Below, piece after piece: positions 23,904-37,700 of a DNA stretch of 64,000 bases. Made by a program: the position numbers and the translations under genes. The notes beneath the pieces were generated by a model that saw only the letters and a program-made list of their open reading frames with translations, made no database searches and was not told where the DNA came from. Numbering within the stretch: position 1 is the first letter of the stretch; each line of letters begins with the position of its first letter. This DNA is from Marsupella aquatica (Eukaryota > Plantae > Marchantiophyta): the NCBI GenBank assembly GCA_973895155.1, contig OZ316892.1, positions 16,358,357 through 16,422,356 of the forward strand, given 5' to 3'.

Positions 23904-25408
23904 GAAAGGGAAACATGCATCTTGTTTATGGAAAAAATAGTGAGTTTAATCTTTCTTTTTAACAAAGGACAACAAGAAACTGAAGCAAAGATGGTCCACC
24001 TGTTGGACAGAGTGCTTCTATAGACCACATTTTGGTGGTCCTTGGGAGTTTGGGGTCCATAACTTGATGATTATGATTTCCAAAATAAATTTTAGTTTTG
24101 CACCTGCAAGGCAAGTAAAGAAGGAGGAGACCTAAGGAAATACAAACCCAAATATTTCATATTTTCACAATGAAAATTCATCTATGATGATAAACAACCA
24201 AAAAAGGCCAAAAATTCAACCTCTCGTTCATGGAAGTACAACTTACCTACTCCTCTAGCATTTCCACAAAAATGTAAAATATTTGAGTCTATGGATATCA
24301 AATTAATAAAATTAAACTCAAATTTTGAGAGATGTGGTCCATCAGGGGTTTCAAAGACAAACCGTGTGGTCCAATAGGGCTTCAATTTTGGGAAAACGAT
24401 CTTGAGCAAGCTTTGCTTGCAGAAATTATCTTTTTTGCATTTTTAAAAATGTCCTGCAATTATGAAAGGGAAACATGCATCTTGTTTACCAAGAAAATAG
24501 AGTGCCATTTTTTTGTACAAGGGAAAAGGAGAAATTGAAGCCAGGATGAACCTCCAGGTTGGACACAGTGCTCCTATACCACATTTAGGTGGTACATGGG
24601 AGTGGCTTATAATGATTATGGGTCTTTAAAATAATATTAGGTTTTTGACATGCAAGGCAACTAGAGAAGAGGAGACATAGAAAAACACAAGCCCAATACA
24701 AAAAAGGTTCCTTGGCAGGGAAGGTCCATAACTGTGAGAATCAATTGGCTATTTTCCCTGGCCATTGATGGAGAAAATGTGCACCCCTGGCACATGAGTG
24801 GTTCCCGCTGCCCCATAAATGTCCCGGCCCGAATCCCTATGGGCTGGCCCTCTTTGCATCGTGCAACTCACGGGCATAGGGCTCGTATTTCATATTAACA
24901 CAATGAAAATTAATCTAATAGATTTTACCACTCCACATTCCATGATGAATAAGTCAACCAAAATTTCAATGTCACTTTGATGGCTTAGGTACTCCTCTAG
25001 CACATACTCAAAACTGAAAAATATGTGAATCTATGAAAATCAAGTTATTACCATTAAATTCATATTTTGGGAAATGTGATCCGTGGGGTTTTCAAAGGCC
25101 ATGTTGTGGTACATGGGAGCATCATTTTCCGTAATTACACTACCACCAGGTCACAACACATTTGACCAACCCAGTATGGTCTGGGCTGGGATTGAAGTAG
25201 TGTCCTACTGTCACCGGTCACAACATGAGCTGACCACTTACAGCAGATGTGTAATTATTTTAGAAAGGCTGTAAATAGATTTATTGGAGAGTTGTCTGTG
25301 AAGTGCTTTGAGGTTGGCAAGGGCACTTTCCAACAGAGATTCAATCCAGATTGCAAAATTCAATCTGAGTATTTTCATTTTTCAAGGGGCTTGTTTTGCA
25401 GAAATTAG
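23904..25408 (+). repeat. Diverged tandem duplication (~520-bp unit), second copy with internal insertions
   Basis: Shared anchors: gaaagggaaacatgcatcttgttta (23904/24464), ttggaca.agtgct..tata (24003/24559), gcaaggcaa (24105/24652), atcaa.tta...attaaa..ca.atttt (24297/25039), ttgcagaaatta (24417/25396). Confidence 0.8.
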
Positions 25409-26103
25409 GGCATGAACTACTATAGGTATTACAATTATATTGATTCAATAATTAAACCTTTCCATAAACATAACATGGTGCCCTTGCCACCTCATTAGCA
25501 CCTCACAACTGACAGAACAGTTCTGCACGTTGTAAGTGCTCAAGTTCCCTTAGAGTACGGTTCACAAGAAGATGCTTCGGGTAATAATATTAAAAAAAGT
25601 TCACGCAAGAACAACCATAGTTTTTGTGCTCTCCAGCCAGCCTAGACCTCGAGCCCATCCATTCCTTGATGTCTCATTATGCCTTCTCCAGATGATTTAC
25701 ATCCACGCATGCCACTTGCCCTGAGCTCATTCATCCACCCATGAATGAAATGGGTGGAACCAAGGCGCCTACCCATGATGCGACATTGCCGACAAGGAAG
25801 GAAGGCAGGGACTGAGGGAGGGACCTAGGGAAGACGAGGAGCGGGCTGCGGGCGAGGCCAGCCAAAGAAATTTCTGCTCTCGAAGGGCAGTGGGCACCCA
25901 TCTCCTGCCCCGCGAGCCAAACGGAGGCTAGCCTTGCTCTCCCCCTGGACTGCCCACGCACCCACCTCCTGTCCGCCGGCAAAAAGGAGTAGGCAAGCCT
26001 CTGCTCTCAGTAGGAAGCGGGCAGCCTCCTGCCCGCAGTGGTAAAAATGAGGCTATCTTTGAAATTCCAGCGCTCTGTCGCCTATCGGGGTGTGCCGGTG
26101 TGG

Positions 26104-26229
26104 GCCCGTCTGCAAACAGAAGTAGGCAAGCAGAAGAAGTTTCTGCTCACCGTGGGAGGAGGCTAGGCTCCTGCCCGTCTGCAAACAGAAGTAGGCAAGC
26201 AGAAGAAGTTTCTGCTCGCCGTGGGAGGA
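26104..26229 (+). repeat. Local ~56-bp direct repeat in a GC-rich region upstream of the GT31 gene
   Basis: gcccgtctgcaaacagaagtaggcaagcagaagaagtttctgctc(a/g)ccgtgggagga at ~26104 and ~26173. Confidence 0.9.
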
Positions 26230-28317
26230 CGCTGCCTCCTGCCCGCAGGCGAGGCTAGCCGAAGAAGGCGGTTGCTGTGCGGCAGACAGGCAGGCAGGCG
26301 GGCTGGCGGGTCTGCTGGGCTGGCGGGTTGAGACAGGTAAATAAAACAGCGGAGAGGGGGACCAAGCAGGAGGACGAAGGTGCTTTGCCTCAGTCGTTCG
26401 TTCCAGTTAGTAGTGCGTAAGTCCAACTCTCACTGTTTCCCCGAAAACATCGGGAAGCGCCTTCGTCCCACCCCCCAGCCCGGCCCGCCCCGACCTGACC
26501 GCTCTCCTCTCAATCGCCCCTCCCACCACTTCTTATTAGCTGATGCCAAAACGGTCACACGGGCCCGGAAGGCGACTTTTTACTCTTCGCCACGGTCATG
26601 TACCGTAGCTGAACGAGCTTGAGGAGGAGGCGTGGTGTGGGATGGCACGAGTATGATTGTTATCGACGACGGCCTGACTCCATTCAGAATTCATGATTGC
26701 AGCCCCCCCGACTTTAGTCCAGTGTAAGTTGCCGCGCGGCAACGACGAATTACGGTAATCGCACCGAATGAATCTTATATCCTATCGCTCTAGCAAAACT
26801 GGAGGAAGCTGCTGAGTTAACATTTGCGAGAGGTACAGAAGGAGGATTCAGTTTGGGGTGCGGTGGGGTGGTGAGGGGAGGTGAATGTTCGTCGAAGCAG
26901 ATTGTTGACAGAGACGGAACGCCCGCCGCGCTATCGTCGGTGTGGTGGGGTGGCAGAGAGCAGCAGGGTGATGCATGGTTGCCAGCGACGAATTCGCTAC
27001 CGCGAGGCAATAGTGGCAGTGGAAGAAAGTATAGTATTCTCTTTTTCAAATAATAATTGAGTGTGGAGGGGGGTCGGGCGGGCGAGGAGGCCGGGAAGGT
27101 GTTGTTGACGCAAAGGAGTTTGGAAAGATGCCGGTACAAGGGATGTGAAGGAAGAGCGGTGGATTACTCGGCCAAGAGGAGCGAAAGGCGATAGACAGCG
27201 TCCGACGACAGATTTGAGTTGGTAACCGGAGCACGGATGTGTAGTTTGTGCAGGGGGGGGCGATAGCGAGACGAGGGAGTGTGGTTGTGCGAACCGTTTA
27301 TCGCTTTGCTATTCAATCTTTCGTACAGACACTTCGGTGCACGAAGGTATCATCAGCAGGTTGGGTAGTGAGTCGGCTTTGTGCGCCCTTTCTCTCCAGT
27401 CCTGCGACGTCTCGATCGAATCTGCGCACTGGAATCAACAGACCGAACACTCGTGGAGCGCATGAGCCCGTTATTGAAGTCGGTGCTTCTCCCCTTCCAT
27501 TTGGGCCCAGTTCGTGGAGAAGTCCACATTGAGTCCCGATCTGGAGGATTTTGTTCTTCGCATCATTTCAGTCGCTAGAAAGGTCTTACTGCCACTCCTC
27601 GCATGGATCTGACGGGCGCAGTGGGAGTCTAAGAGGAAACGACCTTTGTTTTCATTTCATTTCACTGGGCTCTTCTAGTCTTCTTCTGCGAATGGCGGAG
27701 GCGCCGACGTTTCTTCGCCTTCGTTTGGCAGCCGGCGTTTGCAGCACCTGAACTCTCCCATGTACAGGTGCATGTCTTCTGCTTCCCACTCTGGCCTAGA
27801 CTTGTAATTGCCCTGCTGTCCTTTCTTCCCGGCGAAGCTGACCTATCGTCATTTCGTCTGTAGCACTCTGTGACCAAGTTTCACCGTTTTATCTGCCAAG
27901 TTCGGGCTGCTGTTGTCGCTGTGTCGTGTCCTATGTACTGAGGGAATGCATGGAAAAGTCGCAATCTCGGAAGAACTTCAGTTGACCCGCGTATGCCCTG
28001 TTGTGTTCGAGGTTGGAAGATAAGTTCGATGAACAAATTTTAATCGGAAGGAATGTTTGTCTTGACGCGATTACTGACAGAGGTGCTACTTGTGGTTTCT
28101 CTTCGCAAATAGGTTGGCCAGCGCTTTCTTTCCACGTGAACCTTACCGCGATATTTACTCGAATCTGCTCCGTTGGACAAAATTTTGTGGAGGAGCTGAT
28201 TCCAGAGTATCGCCAAGTAATCTATTTGAGGGACCTAGGAAAAGGCGGGGACTCTAGAGCTTAGTGCAGCACAGGGCAGGCTTTTCAGCAAGTCAAGTGT
28301 GATAGCGGCCAGCAAAT

Positions 28318-31300
28318 ATGAGGGCCAGGGGCGGCGGGTATGGCGTGTCTACGAAATGGATTGTGACGTTGTGCTTCGCTAGTTTTTGCGTGGGCACTCT
28401 CTTTACGAACAGGTGACAGAACGGGCCCGCACATGTTGTTGCAAGTTAGGGTGACTGGCGGCCTTTTGCGATGTCGATGGGACGTTACCTATTCCGATTT
28501 AGCATGTCTGAAGTTTAAGCACGCCGTCTTCGTCGTGGAAGCTCAGAATGGTTCTTGGGGGGTCGTAAGCAGCTTCTTCTACTTTGCTAGTTTAAGTAAA
28601 AAAACTGCGGTTTGGAAAGATATTCTGGCTGGGACTGCTGCTGGCGCTTCTCACAAGTTGTTCTAGTTTCGTTCGTCGCTAGGCGTCCAGTTACGGCCTA
28701 GATTTTATGGCGCCCGTAGCCCTCGTCCTACCAAGAGTCCCAGTTCTCTTGGTCGGTGGATTCGTTGTTCTGAATGTGTTCGTTCTTGACAAATTTCTCC
28801 AGGATGTGGCAAACCCGGGATGCGGACGGTGAGGGCGGGTCGCAGTCAGTCCTAGAGGCACAAAGGAGACTAGTGGAAAGTGGAGAAGCTTGTGATACCA
28901 GGCCTGTAAGTTGTCACAGAAAACCGGTTTAGTGTAGGTGTCTTGGAATTGTTTGGGTGCAGATATCCCTGACAGAAGTGCCGTTGTCCAGGCTTGTCGA
29001 TGCTGACTCAAAGTGATCGTCTTGTGACGCTACTGTCGGCGCAGTAGCGGAACTCTTGCAAGCTTACCTTGCAGTTCTTCAGACCATTATAATCTGCGTA
29101 AATTGTTCTGTTTCTTGTTGAAGTTTCGAATCACGTGAACAAGAGTGGGCTTTTTCTCCATGTCACACCTATATCGAATGGCCGAAGTGTTCCGTATTAC
29201 TGACTTCGTTAAGTTTGTTTCAGAAGCCTGCTAATGGGGATCAAAAAGACATTCTTAGCGAAGTCTCTAAAACACACTTGGCGATAAGGTACGGATGGGT
29301 GCAGGAATGTCTCGTAATACCCGTTCAGGTTATGTGGTTTTCGTCTGACCTGGCATTTGTAGGGTTGCACCTCAAACCCGTTGGTGGTCTTGCAGGAATC
29401 TTGATAAAACTATCTCATCTTTGGAGATGGAATTGGCTGCTGCACGTGCATCTCAACAATCTAGTATTAATGGATCGCCTATCCTAGACAAACCGGTTGG
29501 AGATAGCAGTGAGGGTCGTCAGAAGGCCTTCGTTGTCATAGGAATCAACACGGCATTTAGCAGTCGTAAAAGACGAGACTCTGTACGAGAGACATGGATG
29601 CCTCAAGGTATACACGACTTCCGGATATGAATTGGTTCATTTTTGGTCGCTTTGTACAGCGGGGTTTATTATTTTGTGGGTGTGTTTCGTCAGTAATCTG
29701 GAGGAAATGTATGCTATCTGCTGGACTGTATGCTTGGAGGAGTAAGTGCAGACAGTCGACGACTTTCAGACCTTAGGTAGCCGTAGCTAGTGAAGGAATG
29801 TACGGCCGGCTTTGATTGAGAAGTATTGCAGACTCGTCGGTGAAAGTGATACACCGCTGACACTTGCTGACAGAGCTATTTGCTGATTTTCATGTATCAG
29901 GTGATAAGCTAAGGCAACTAGAAGTTGAGAAGGGCATAGTTATCAGATTCGTAATCGGTCACAGGTGAGCATATATGGCAAGCATTCTTCGAGTCTCTTG
30001 TGGCACAGTCAAATCAGCATTACCACCGGTCTTCATGGTGATATGGGGCCACATTCATTCTGTAGGGAGTCAAAATACTACCTCCCGACAGTTTCGTATA
30101 CTCGGTTGATGAATGAAGTCTTGACGCAGAATGTTTTCGCTTGATTGCTTGTAGTGCCACCCCTGGAGGTATTCTTGACCGTGCAATTGAAGCCGAAGAT
30201 GCACAACACAAAGACTTTTTGAGACTGGTTTGTTAATTTCTTGGTCTGACTCACGATTCTAGTCCTGAAACGTTTAATGGCAAAGATTGTTGCTTGCATT
30301 TCTTAGATTCTAGTTTCTCGGTGTGGATGTCGTTTTGCGACAGGTCTCTTTCTTCCAGTTCGTATTTCTGATTTGCTCTGTAATCATGCCGCAGGAGCAC
30401 GTCGAAGGCTACCATGAATTATCTGCCAAAACGAAGATATACTTTTCAACTGCCGTTGCCAAGTGGGACGCAGATTTTTATGTCAAAGTTGATGATGATG
30501 TTCACGTCAATCTAGGTTCGTTCAGGAGCTGGTTTTACTGGCTTTGTGTCCTTGTCGAGGCTGTTTTGTCCCAATCTTGTCTTGCGGTTGCCCGTGGATA
30601 TGATACTTCGTATTCTCACAGCTGAGCAATTTGGTATCTTGTTCTCTTGAATGACTACGAAGAACTTTTTTGCAATTGGGTGGTAGACTCACTTCCTTCG
30701 TAGAGTGTGATTTTTTCTTGGAGGACTATTCTGTCAAATTGTTAGCAAGTGTCGCTTGTCTGAAGGTACTGTTTTTCGGTTATGTCAGGTACGCTGGGTA
30801 CAACACTGGCTCGACATCGATCAAAACCCCGAGTTTACATTGGCTGCATGAAGTCTGGCCCTGTGCTCGCACAAAAGTACGAACTTTTTGGCTTCCTGTT
30901 CAAGAGTCTGCGGCTTTTTTTATTATTTTGGTTCGGATAGAGGTGGACGGGATTGAAAAAATGAGAAGCTTGTGTTTTTGGATTCATTGTGCTTAGTAGA
31001 GTGGACCACTGCGCATGGCAACTAATGTTGAATTCTAAGCGGCCATGTCTAAGACCGATGATGATTCTTATCTGCAGGTCAGTAAAATACCATGAACCCG
31101 AGTTCTGGAAATTCGGTGAAGAGGGCAATAAATACTTCCGGCATGCCACGGGTCAAATCTATGCCATTTCTAAGGATTTAGCAACTTATATCTCTATAAA
31201 TCAGTAAGTATTGATGTATCCTAATTGTTGAACCTCCGGTTTGTATAAAGGAAACGAGATTGAAGGAAAAGAGGTATTTGTAGAAACGAAGTCGGATTCG

Positions 31301-31983
31301 AGTATGCTAGTAATTTGTAGCAATAAATTCAATTTAAAATCTAGTGATACGCAGAAAGGACTGAAGTTCCGGCTAGAAGGTTTACTTGGACTTTTTAGCA
31401 CCTGGAAGCTACATATCATGGACTCTAGTCATTATACACTCACACTCGAGTCTGAAACGAGACTCCATAGCAGAAACTGGGGTACTGAAGGTTGTTGTTT
31501 TAATATCAGGCCAATTTTACATAGATACGCCAATGAAGATGTGTCTCTTGGATCGTGGTTCATTGGCTTGGATGTTGAGCATATTGACGATAGAACCATG
31601 TGCTGTGGTACTCCACCAGGTATTTACGCTACTTACCGTTCAAAAGACTTGTCAATATTTTCTTTTATTAGACATTGTGAATGACATATGAGCAAGGACA
31701 CCCATTTCTAGTGGCGGGTTGTGCCAAAATGACTAGAACGCCATTCTTGCGGAAGAGTATCTGTGAATCGCACTTAATAAGCTGTCCAGTTTATGCGTCC
31801 GATCCTTCCAACAGCATTTTTGTGTGGGATGCAGATTGTGAGTGGAAGGCTCAAGCTGGAAATGTTTGCGTGGCATCCTTCGATTGGGCCTGCAGTGGAA
31901 TCTGCAAGTCTGTGGAGAGGATCAAGGATGTGCACCAACGATGTGGGGAAGGGGAGGGCGCAGTTTGGAGCTTGTCTTTCTAA
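28318..31983 (+). CDS. Beta-1,3-galactosyltransferase, CAZy GT31 (DUF4094 + Galactosyl_T), 11 exons, ~401 aa
   Basis: GT-AG exons 28318-28412, 28803-28905, 29224-29288, 29396-29607, 29901-29964, 30155-30227, 30395-30515, 30789-30876, 31078-31203, 31510-31619, 31835-31983 sum to 1206 nt in frame. N-terminal TM anchor, then [82 protein letters not shown]. Confidence 0.95.
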
Positions 31984-32759
31984 GATATAAATGGGCTCTG
32001 GTTTTGGATCCGGGGCAAGATTCAGGACAACTCGCATTAATAGCTGCCCTGCCAGTCGCCTATTCTTAGGGGCTATAGGGCCTTCAAACTGGTGATTCAA
32101 TGCCATGGAGTGGATCCAAAAAGCTGTATCGCCGCCAGTAATCGTCCCTCCGTGCACAATTCTTTCAGCGTTTCCTCTTCGATTCTTCTTCGGAGTACTT
32201 TGTAGGGTTCCTGAACTTATGAGGTAGATACTGTAGCGCCAAGGTGGATCAAGCAGTCACTGCATCCTACTCCTAGTTCGGATGTAGAGAAAAAGGCAGG
32301 CAAGCCCCAGTGCCCTACTTTTTCTCTGGATTCTAAGAAGCAGTTATTTCTTTCCACTGCAGCATATTTGACTGGGAAAAAGCAGGCCAAATTGTTATCA
32401 AGTGTATTTGGAGCTTCCCGAACGTCGCTCGTTCACTTCCAAGACTTGGTTGAAAAGTGTGGGTTGGTTAATCTGCGCATATAAGATTTTGTAGGTAGCT
32501 GATTGTAAGGTTCATTTCCTGGAGCATTCGAGTGGTGCTCTGCATAGATAGATGCTCACGCCAGTGAGTTTGGGGTTGAGACAGCCATCTAGAGTGGGGA
32601 AGGACAAGGACGAGCAAGCGAAGGGGCTTGCTGCAGTATTAGAGGTTAGGTATTTATTGTGCACGTTGTAGGGATTGAGATTGGTTTCTGTTATGATACC
32701 ATGTGTCTTGCGATCAGGTTTGATGGGATGACTGGTATAGGAAGGTAAGCAAACTCATG

Positions 32760-33390
32760 TTGGAAACCAATTGTGGGACCAAATTTCCGTATTCTGGTTT
32801 GAAATTGTTGGTTTCTTCCTAGAAAGGGTGGCCGAAGTTGCGACCCTTGTTATGGTGCCTACTAGTTGATGTAGTCGGTACTTAAAATCCTCGGGGTCGT
32901 GCAAAAATTTGAATAGAATTTGTAGCCTCACCATCAATTTATATCATTCAGTTCTCAATCCCTCAAATTCGAGGACTCGGTTTCGAGTGCTGTGCCATAG
33001 TTTACCACGAGCATGATTTCTTTCAAACACTCGAGCTCGCAAATAGTCCATCTCATCCTGGAGGTGCAGCAGTTCTGGACTACGTCCGAGTTTCTTGTCC
33101 CCTTCATCGTGGAGCCTGTGCAAATAGTTGTCTCTGGATACAAGATCTTCTTTTCACGTTTGGATGTTCCCATAACTTTCAAATGCTTTGGCACTCGCAT
33201 GTAGCCTCGAGGGTGGCGCTCTCGCAGTATCTGCAGATGAGGGTTTGTAGTATGTCGTTCTTATTGTGAGCTCTACCTGGCCGGTTTTTGGAAGTTCTAC
33301 AGTAAGACTTAAGAGTGATGAAAACAGCTCTCGAGTTGGGTGCTGCAAAACAATTATTCGTCCTCCTGCATTGTATTCCTCTCAATCTGA
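32760..33390 (-). mobile_element. Highly decayed L1-type LINE reverse-transcriptase fragment
   Basis: Weak motifs in the expected order: LTVELPKTG..TTYYK (cf. I.LIPK.G..RPI.L..T.YK), then QGSQLRPPFL (cf. QG.PLSP.LF). Confidence 0.3.
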
Positions 33391-34784
33391 AAGTACATCA
33401 GAGATACATATGATGATAGTATGTCGGAGCAGCCTTCCTTAACCACAGTGATGGCACGGGCTCCCCATCGGCACGTACGACATCACCCACGGAAAAATTA
33501 AATTAGAGAAAAACCTTCGCTGTAGTGGCAAAAACCCTCGGAGGTTACGTCCTTAAACGCTTTTGCTCAGCGATGGCAATATACCCCTTGAGACGCCTGG
33601 GGATCAGTGAACCTATAGAAAGGTTCCTCATACGTATGGCGCGTTCTATTGAGGGGAACACTTGACACAGAACTCAACAAAGAAAGTGGCGAATGCAACG
33701 TCGACAACGAGGATGAGGTAGGTCATTGAGTAAGAAAGAACTGTGGGCCAGATCTGAGATTAAAGCTCCATCAGGGAGAGAAATCACTGCTTGGATGACA
33801 TTCTTCATGCCCAGAGGGTGACACAACACATCCCATCCCATCCCAAGTTTCTAGATGAAAGCTTGAACTCCAAATACGCGAATTACTTTAGCCGCTTTTG
33901 GTTAGAAATCCACCAACAAAATCTATTTATGTGACCATTGTGATTGACGCGGGTGCTTGTTGGCTGTTGAGTTGTAGGGCTCTTAATTTATTTTTTCTGT
34001 TCTGTGACCATGCTATGCGTTTCACTCCACCACGTTAACGCTGAGAACAAGATCCTGCTCCTATCTATGTTAGCAGAAAAAACTGCTCCTATCGATATTA
34101 GTAAGTAGAAATGATCGCCGCTTGCTCCACGTTTTCCACCAAAAGCAGAAGTGAAGCATTACCGGTATTACTATGAAGTGGTAAAAACAATTAACGGCGG
34201 TAACCACGGAAGGGGACTCAACTATTAATGGGCATAACGTAGGGATGGGGCAACCAGGGGGCTTACTGTGCTTTCTTGCTACCTATGTGTTTCACCAACT
34301 ATTCAGGCATTCAAGCTTGCCACATTCACCAAAATGCCATCAAACATGACTATTCTCGAGCTAACATGTAAGACCCTCCTGACGCGTTAAGACAGATCCA
34401 ACCAAGATGGATGGGGAAATAGTGGCTTAAGGTCATCCTTCTTTCAGTTTGCCGCAACATAAGTTGCAGGTCCGTGTGAATGGTATCTGTATCTGAATGG
34501 ATTTGACAACAGCATGTGATTGTATGAATTGCGCCAAAAAATGCCTGTAGCTTAAATTTGGAGGTGTGAAACTTGTTTCAGGACCTCTACAAATGATACT
34601 AGTCTGTGATCTCATTTCAGGGATCACAGAAATAGACATTCGACTGTATATGCTGCTGCGCCCTTCATTTACAAGAGAAGATTACTTTCACCGAATAAGG
34701 AAGTGAATCAGGACACTCAAGAAGCAATCTGAGGGCCAACAATTATAGAAATATCAACGAGAGCGAACAACTTTTCCCATAATT

Positions 34785-37700
34785 TTATGCGTCACCACAA
34801 TCAATCTTCTCCAACAAATCCATCTTCGTTTTCCTTTTCCAATTGTAAGTTGAAGCTACCAGGTTGATAAGTCCAACAACTTGACCCTTCGAATACTCCT
34901 GCACAAACGGCGTGTCCACAAAGTTTTCTGTGATTGATTATATTCTTAAGGCTGTTATATTCTGTTGTACAAAACGAAAGGGAAAGAAAAAGGGAATACT
35001 GGAAGAATGCACTAATTGGAACCAATACACAGCACGGCCTTCGAAGTTCAGTTCAACTCACGGGATGTGCACGGATCCAATGGAAATATTCCGTCTCAGG
35101 TAAATAAAACGCCTGTCTTGGTCAAACACACAACCCATAAGGAATAATCCAACTTCAGAAAGGCAATCCCAACAGAATTCATCAAACATATAGTTTCCAT
35201 TCATAATCCCTCTGCGCTCAAAATACATCATGTACAGTAGAGTTTACGAACTTCTTCAGAAGACAGTGCTTACCTTTACATAGGTTTCAACGATAAGGAG
35301 ATTTGACTTCATTTTTTGGGGAGCTAAATGGCGCAATCCATTAATCAGCACCTATAAACAAATTCCACCATGTCTTGGTCATCAGACTTGGATCAGTTGA
35401 ATTACACAACAATGCAAAAACGTATCAACGAATGAATGCATGAATGCATGAAAGCATGAAATGATAGTACTCCAAGGCGGCTGACGAATTAATTTCCGAT
35501 ATCGTGATAGTTAACCTGAAGGTCCAAAGACATCATAGCCCTTCCCTCATTGTTGCACTTTTTTACTCGTGATAAACCCTCCAAAATAGTCTCCGCTAGT
35601 ACGTCAACTCCATACTCCAGCATGGCATCTCGCACCTGCAATTCCAGAGCCACCTGTCTGTATTAGTTTCACTTTCGAGCTCTCTGCATCAGATTATTAG
35701 TTGAAGCGCCCATTTACTAACTCTGGACACCCCAATTGGCGAAGCAGCTGTGGTTTAGATGATGGTAGGAAGTAGCAGTGAAGTGGCGATAGAACGTAAT
35801 TTGCTAATCTACGGGTTTCAGACTTACACGAATTGACCCGAATGACTCGGTATCGTCCCTGTGGGAACTAGTGACCGCATACGTCGGTGACAAAGGGAGA
35901 AAATTTCATGACTATGTTGGTAGCACTACAATTATCTGCACGTAATCCCCTCTATTTTCTGTACATCCTAGCTTACCCAGACACATATCTTGCATTGTGT
36001 CCTATTACTACTCTGGCAAGTTCCCTTGGGTTCTTTAACTTTCTGTCGCAAATTTGGGGTTGCCGTGGACCTTGGAAAGTAATGCCACTTAATTCATCAC
36101 CCCACACGCAACCGCTCGAACCTCTTCTTCGTGATTGTCTTCCTGTGGAAAGTAATCAAGGCTATGTATAGTTTGGCTCAAAAGTCTCCACTTCCAAAAC
36201 ACGGCATAGCATTTGGGAAGACTATTCCAGGACAGCAGGCATGAAGAATATGTTGGCTGTGGATTAAAGATGCGGCGCCATCGGAGATCTTGAGCATTGA
36301 CCGTTTGCATAAAGTTCTTCGACGCTGTTGCCATTCCAACTAGCACATACGTAGTAGAGATGTGGGGAGGTATACGTAGTAAGTCCTGGAAATACGAGTT
36401 GAAAACAGGCCAAATGTCCGTTCAATCCAACTGTCTACACGGATGAGTGGGCAATCCTGCTATTTCCCTAGCCGAATATGAATAGCTTTAGTCTCTCCCA
36501 TCTACAGCATCTGACGAAGCTTAAGTCGGACTAGGCTTCCCATGTCATCAATGAAAGCCTCTAGTGAACAACGCAAAGGCAGATGCTTGGATGAAAAACC
36601 AGGCTAGACAGATGACAGATTGCAAGTAGATGACTTGCTGTGGTCACCAGTGCAAAACCTAAATTATTGGTGGCTAAGACATTTAACACCTCTTAGTGGG
36701 GCTGAGAAAAATGGCAGGGAGGAATCATTGATGGAACCGACACTGGCAAATATCACAGACCACATAAGGAGAATGTTGATATTATACCGTCTCTGAGAGG
36801 CTCCAGTACCAAGTTCGAGTAATGCCAGTCGAAAGCATCAATAGATAATGTTGTTTTAGTCGATGATCCCTGGGGCCATGGGACGGAAAGCAACATGCAC
36901 GGTACGCAAGAAAGGCCTGTGATAGAATTCGAGAGCGCAGATTCTTAGTCTTTCTTGTAGTGCTGTGCAGGTGCAGGCGCAGGTGCAGGTGCAGGTGCTT
37001 TCACACAAGACGAGTAACATATTTAGCTTGACAAGATTGACCATTATTAGCTAGGAAATCAACCGCGTTTACAGAGAGAGGTAAGAGTGCATCATAAAGT
37101 TTCCCACAGGCTAAGAGAAGACGATGCTCATCATCTAATTCCGCCATGTAGCAGTTCTGACCTACCTGTTCTGTAAACAGCGAAGCAGTCTGCCTCTATG
37201 ACCTTTCTGAAATTTTCCTGTTTGTATGTAACGAGCTTGAGATCCATCCGGTCCAGCAAGGGCTACCTTAAGTTTTAGTAGTAATGCTACTAGAAGGTAA
37301 GGTTGCAGCCTGAAATTCGATATAGGATGTACAAAGTCCTCCTGCTCGGTCAATGTAGGGTGGCATCTTTCGACAGCTCTCAACTAGATCTTTGGCCACT
37401 CTCGCACCTGACCCCGTCGCCTCCATCTTGTGCTCATCTTGTGCATTAGACCCTTACTGAAATATCCCACTGTCCGCAGGGAAGCCTTTAATGAAGGAGC
37501 CACCCACCTCACACCAGCGCAACTGGAGTACATATTTTGAAACCACCAGCAGTTTGGCAACTCAGGGATGTGAGAGGTCATTTAGGGTTGACAACCACAA
37601 AATGTGAATGTTTTCATCATTAGGGCTTCTCGCAACTTTCGGTCATGCCATTAGTCAGCCTCAAAAGGTTGGAACTTCCCATACGGGAGTGCTGTTAGCA

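Noticed and set aside
36965-36998. (GTGCAG)n and nearby (ATGAATGC)n (~35432) microsatellites
   Set aside because: Ordinary short intronic simple repeats.
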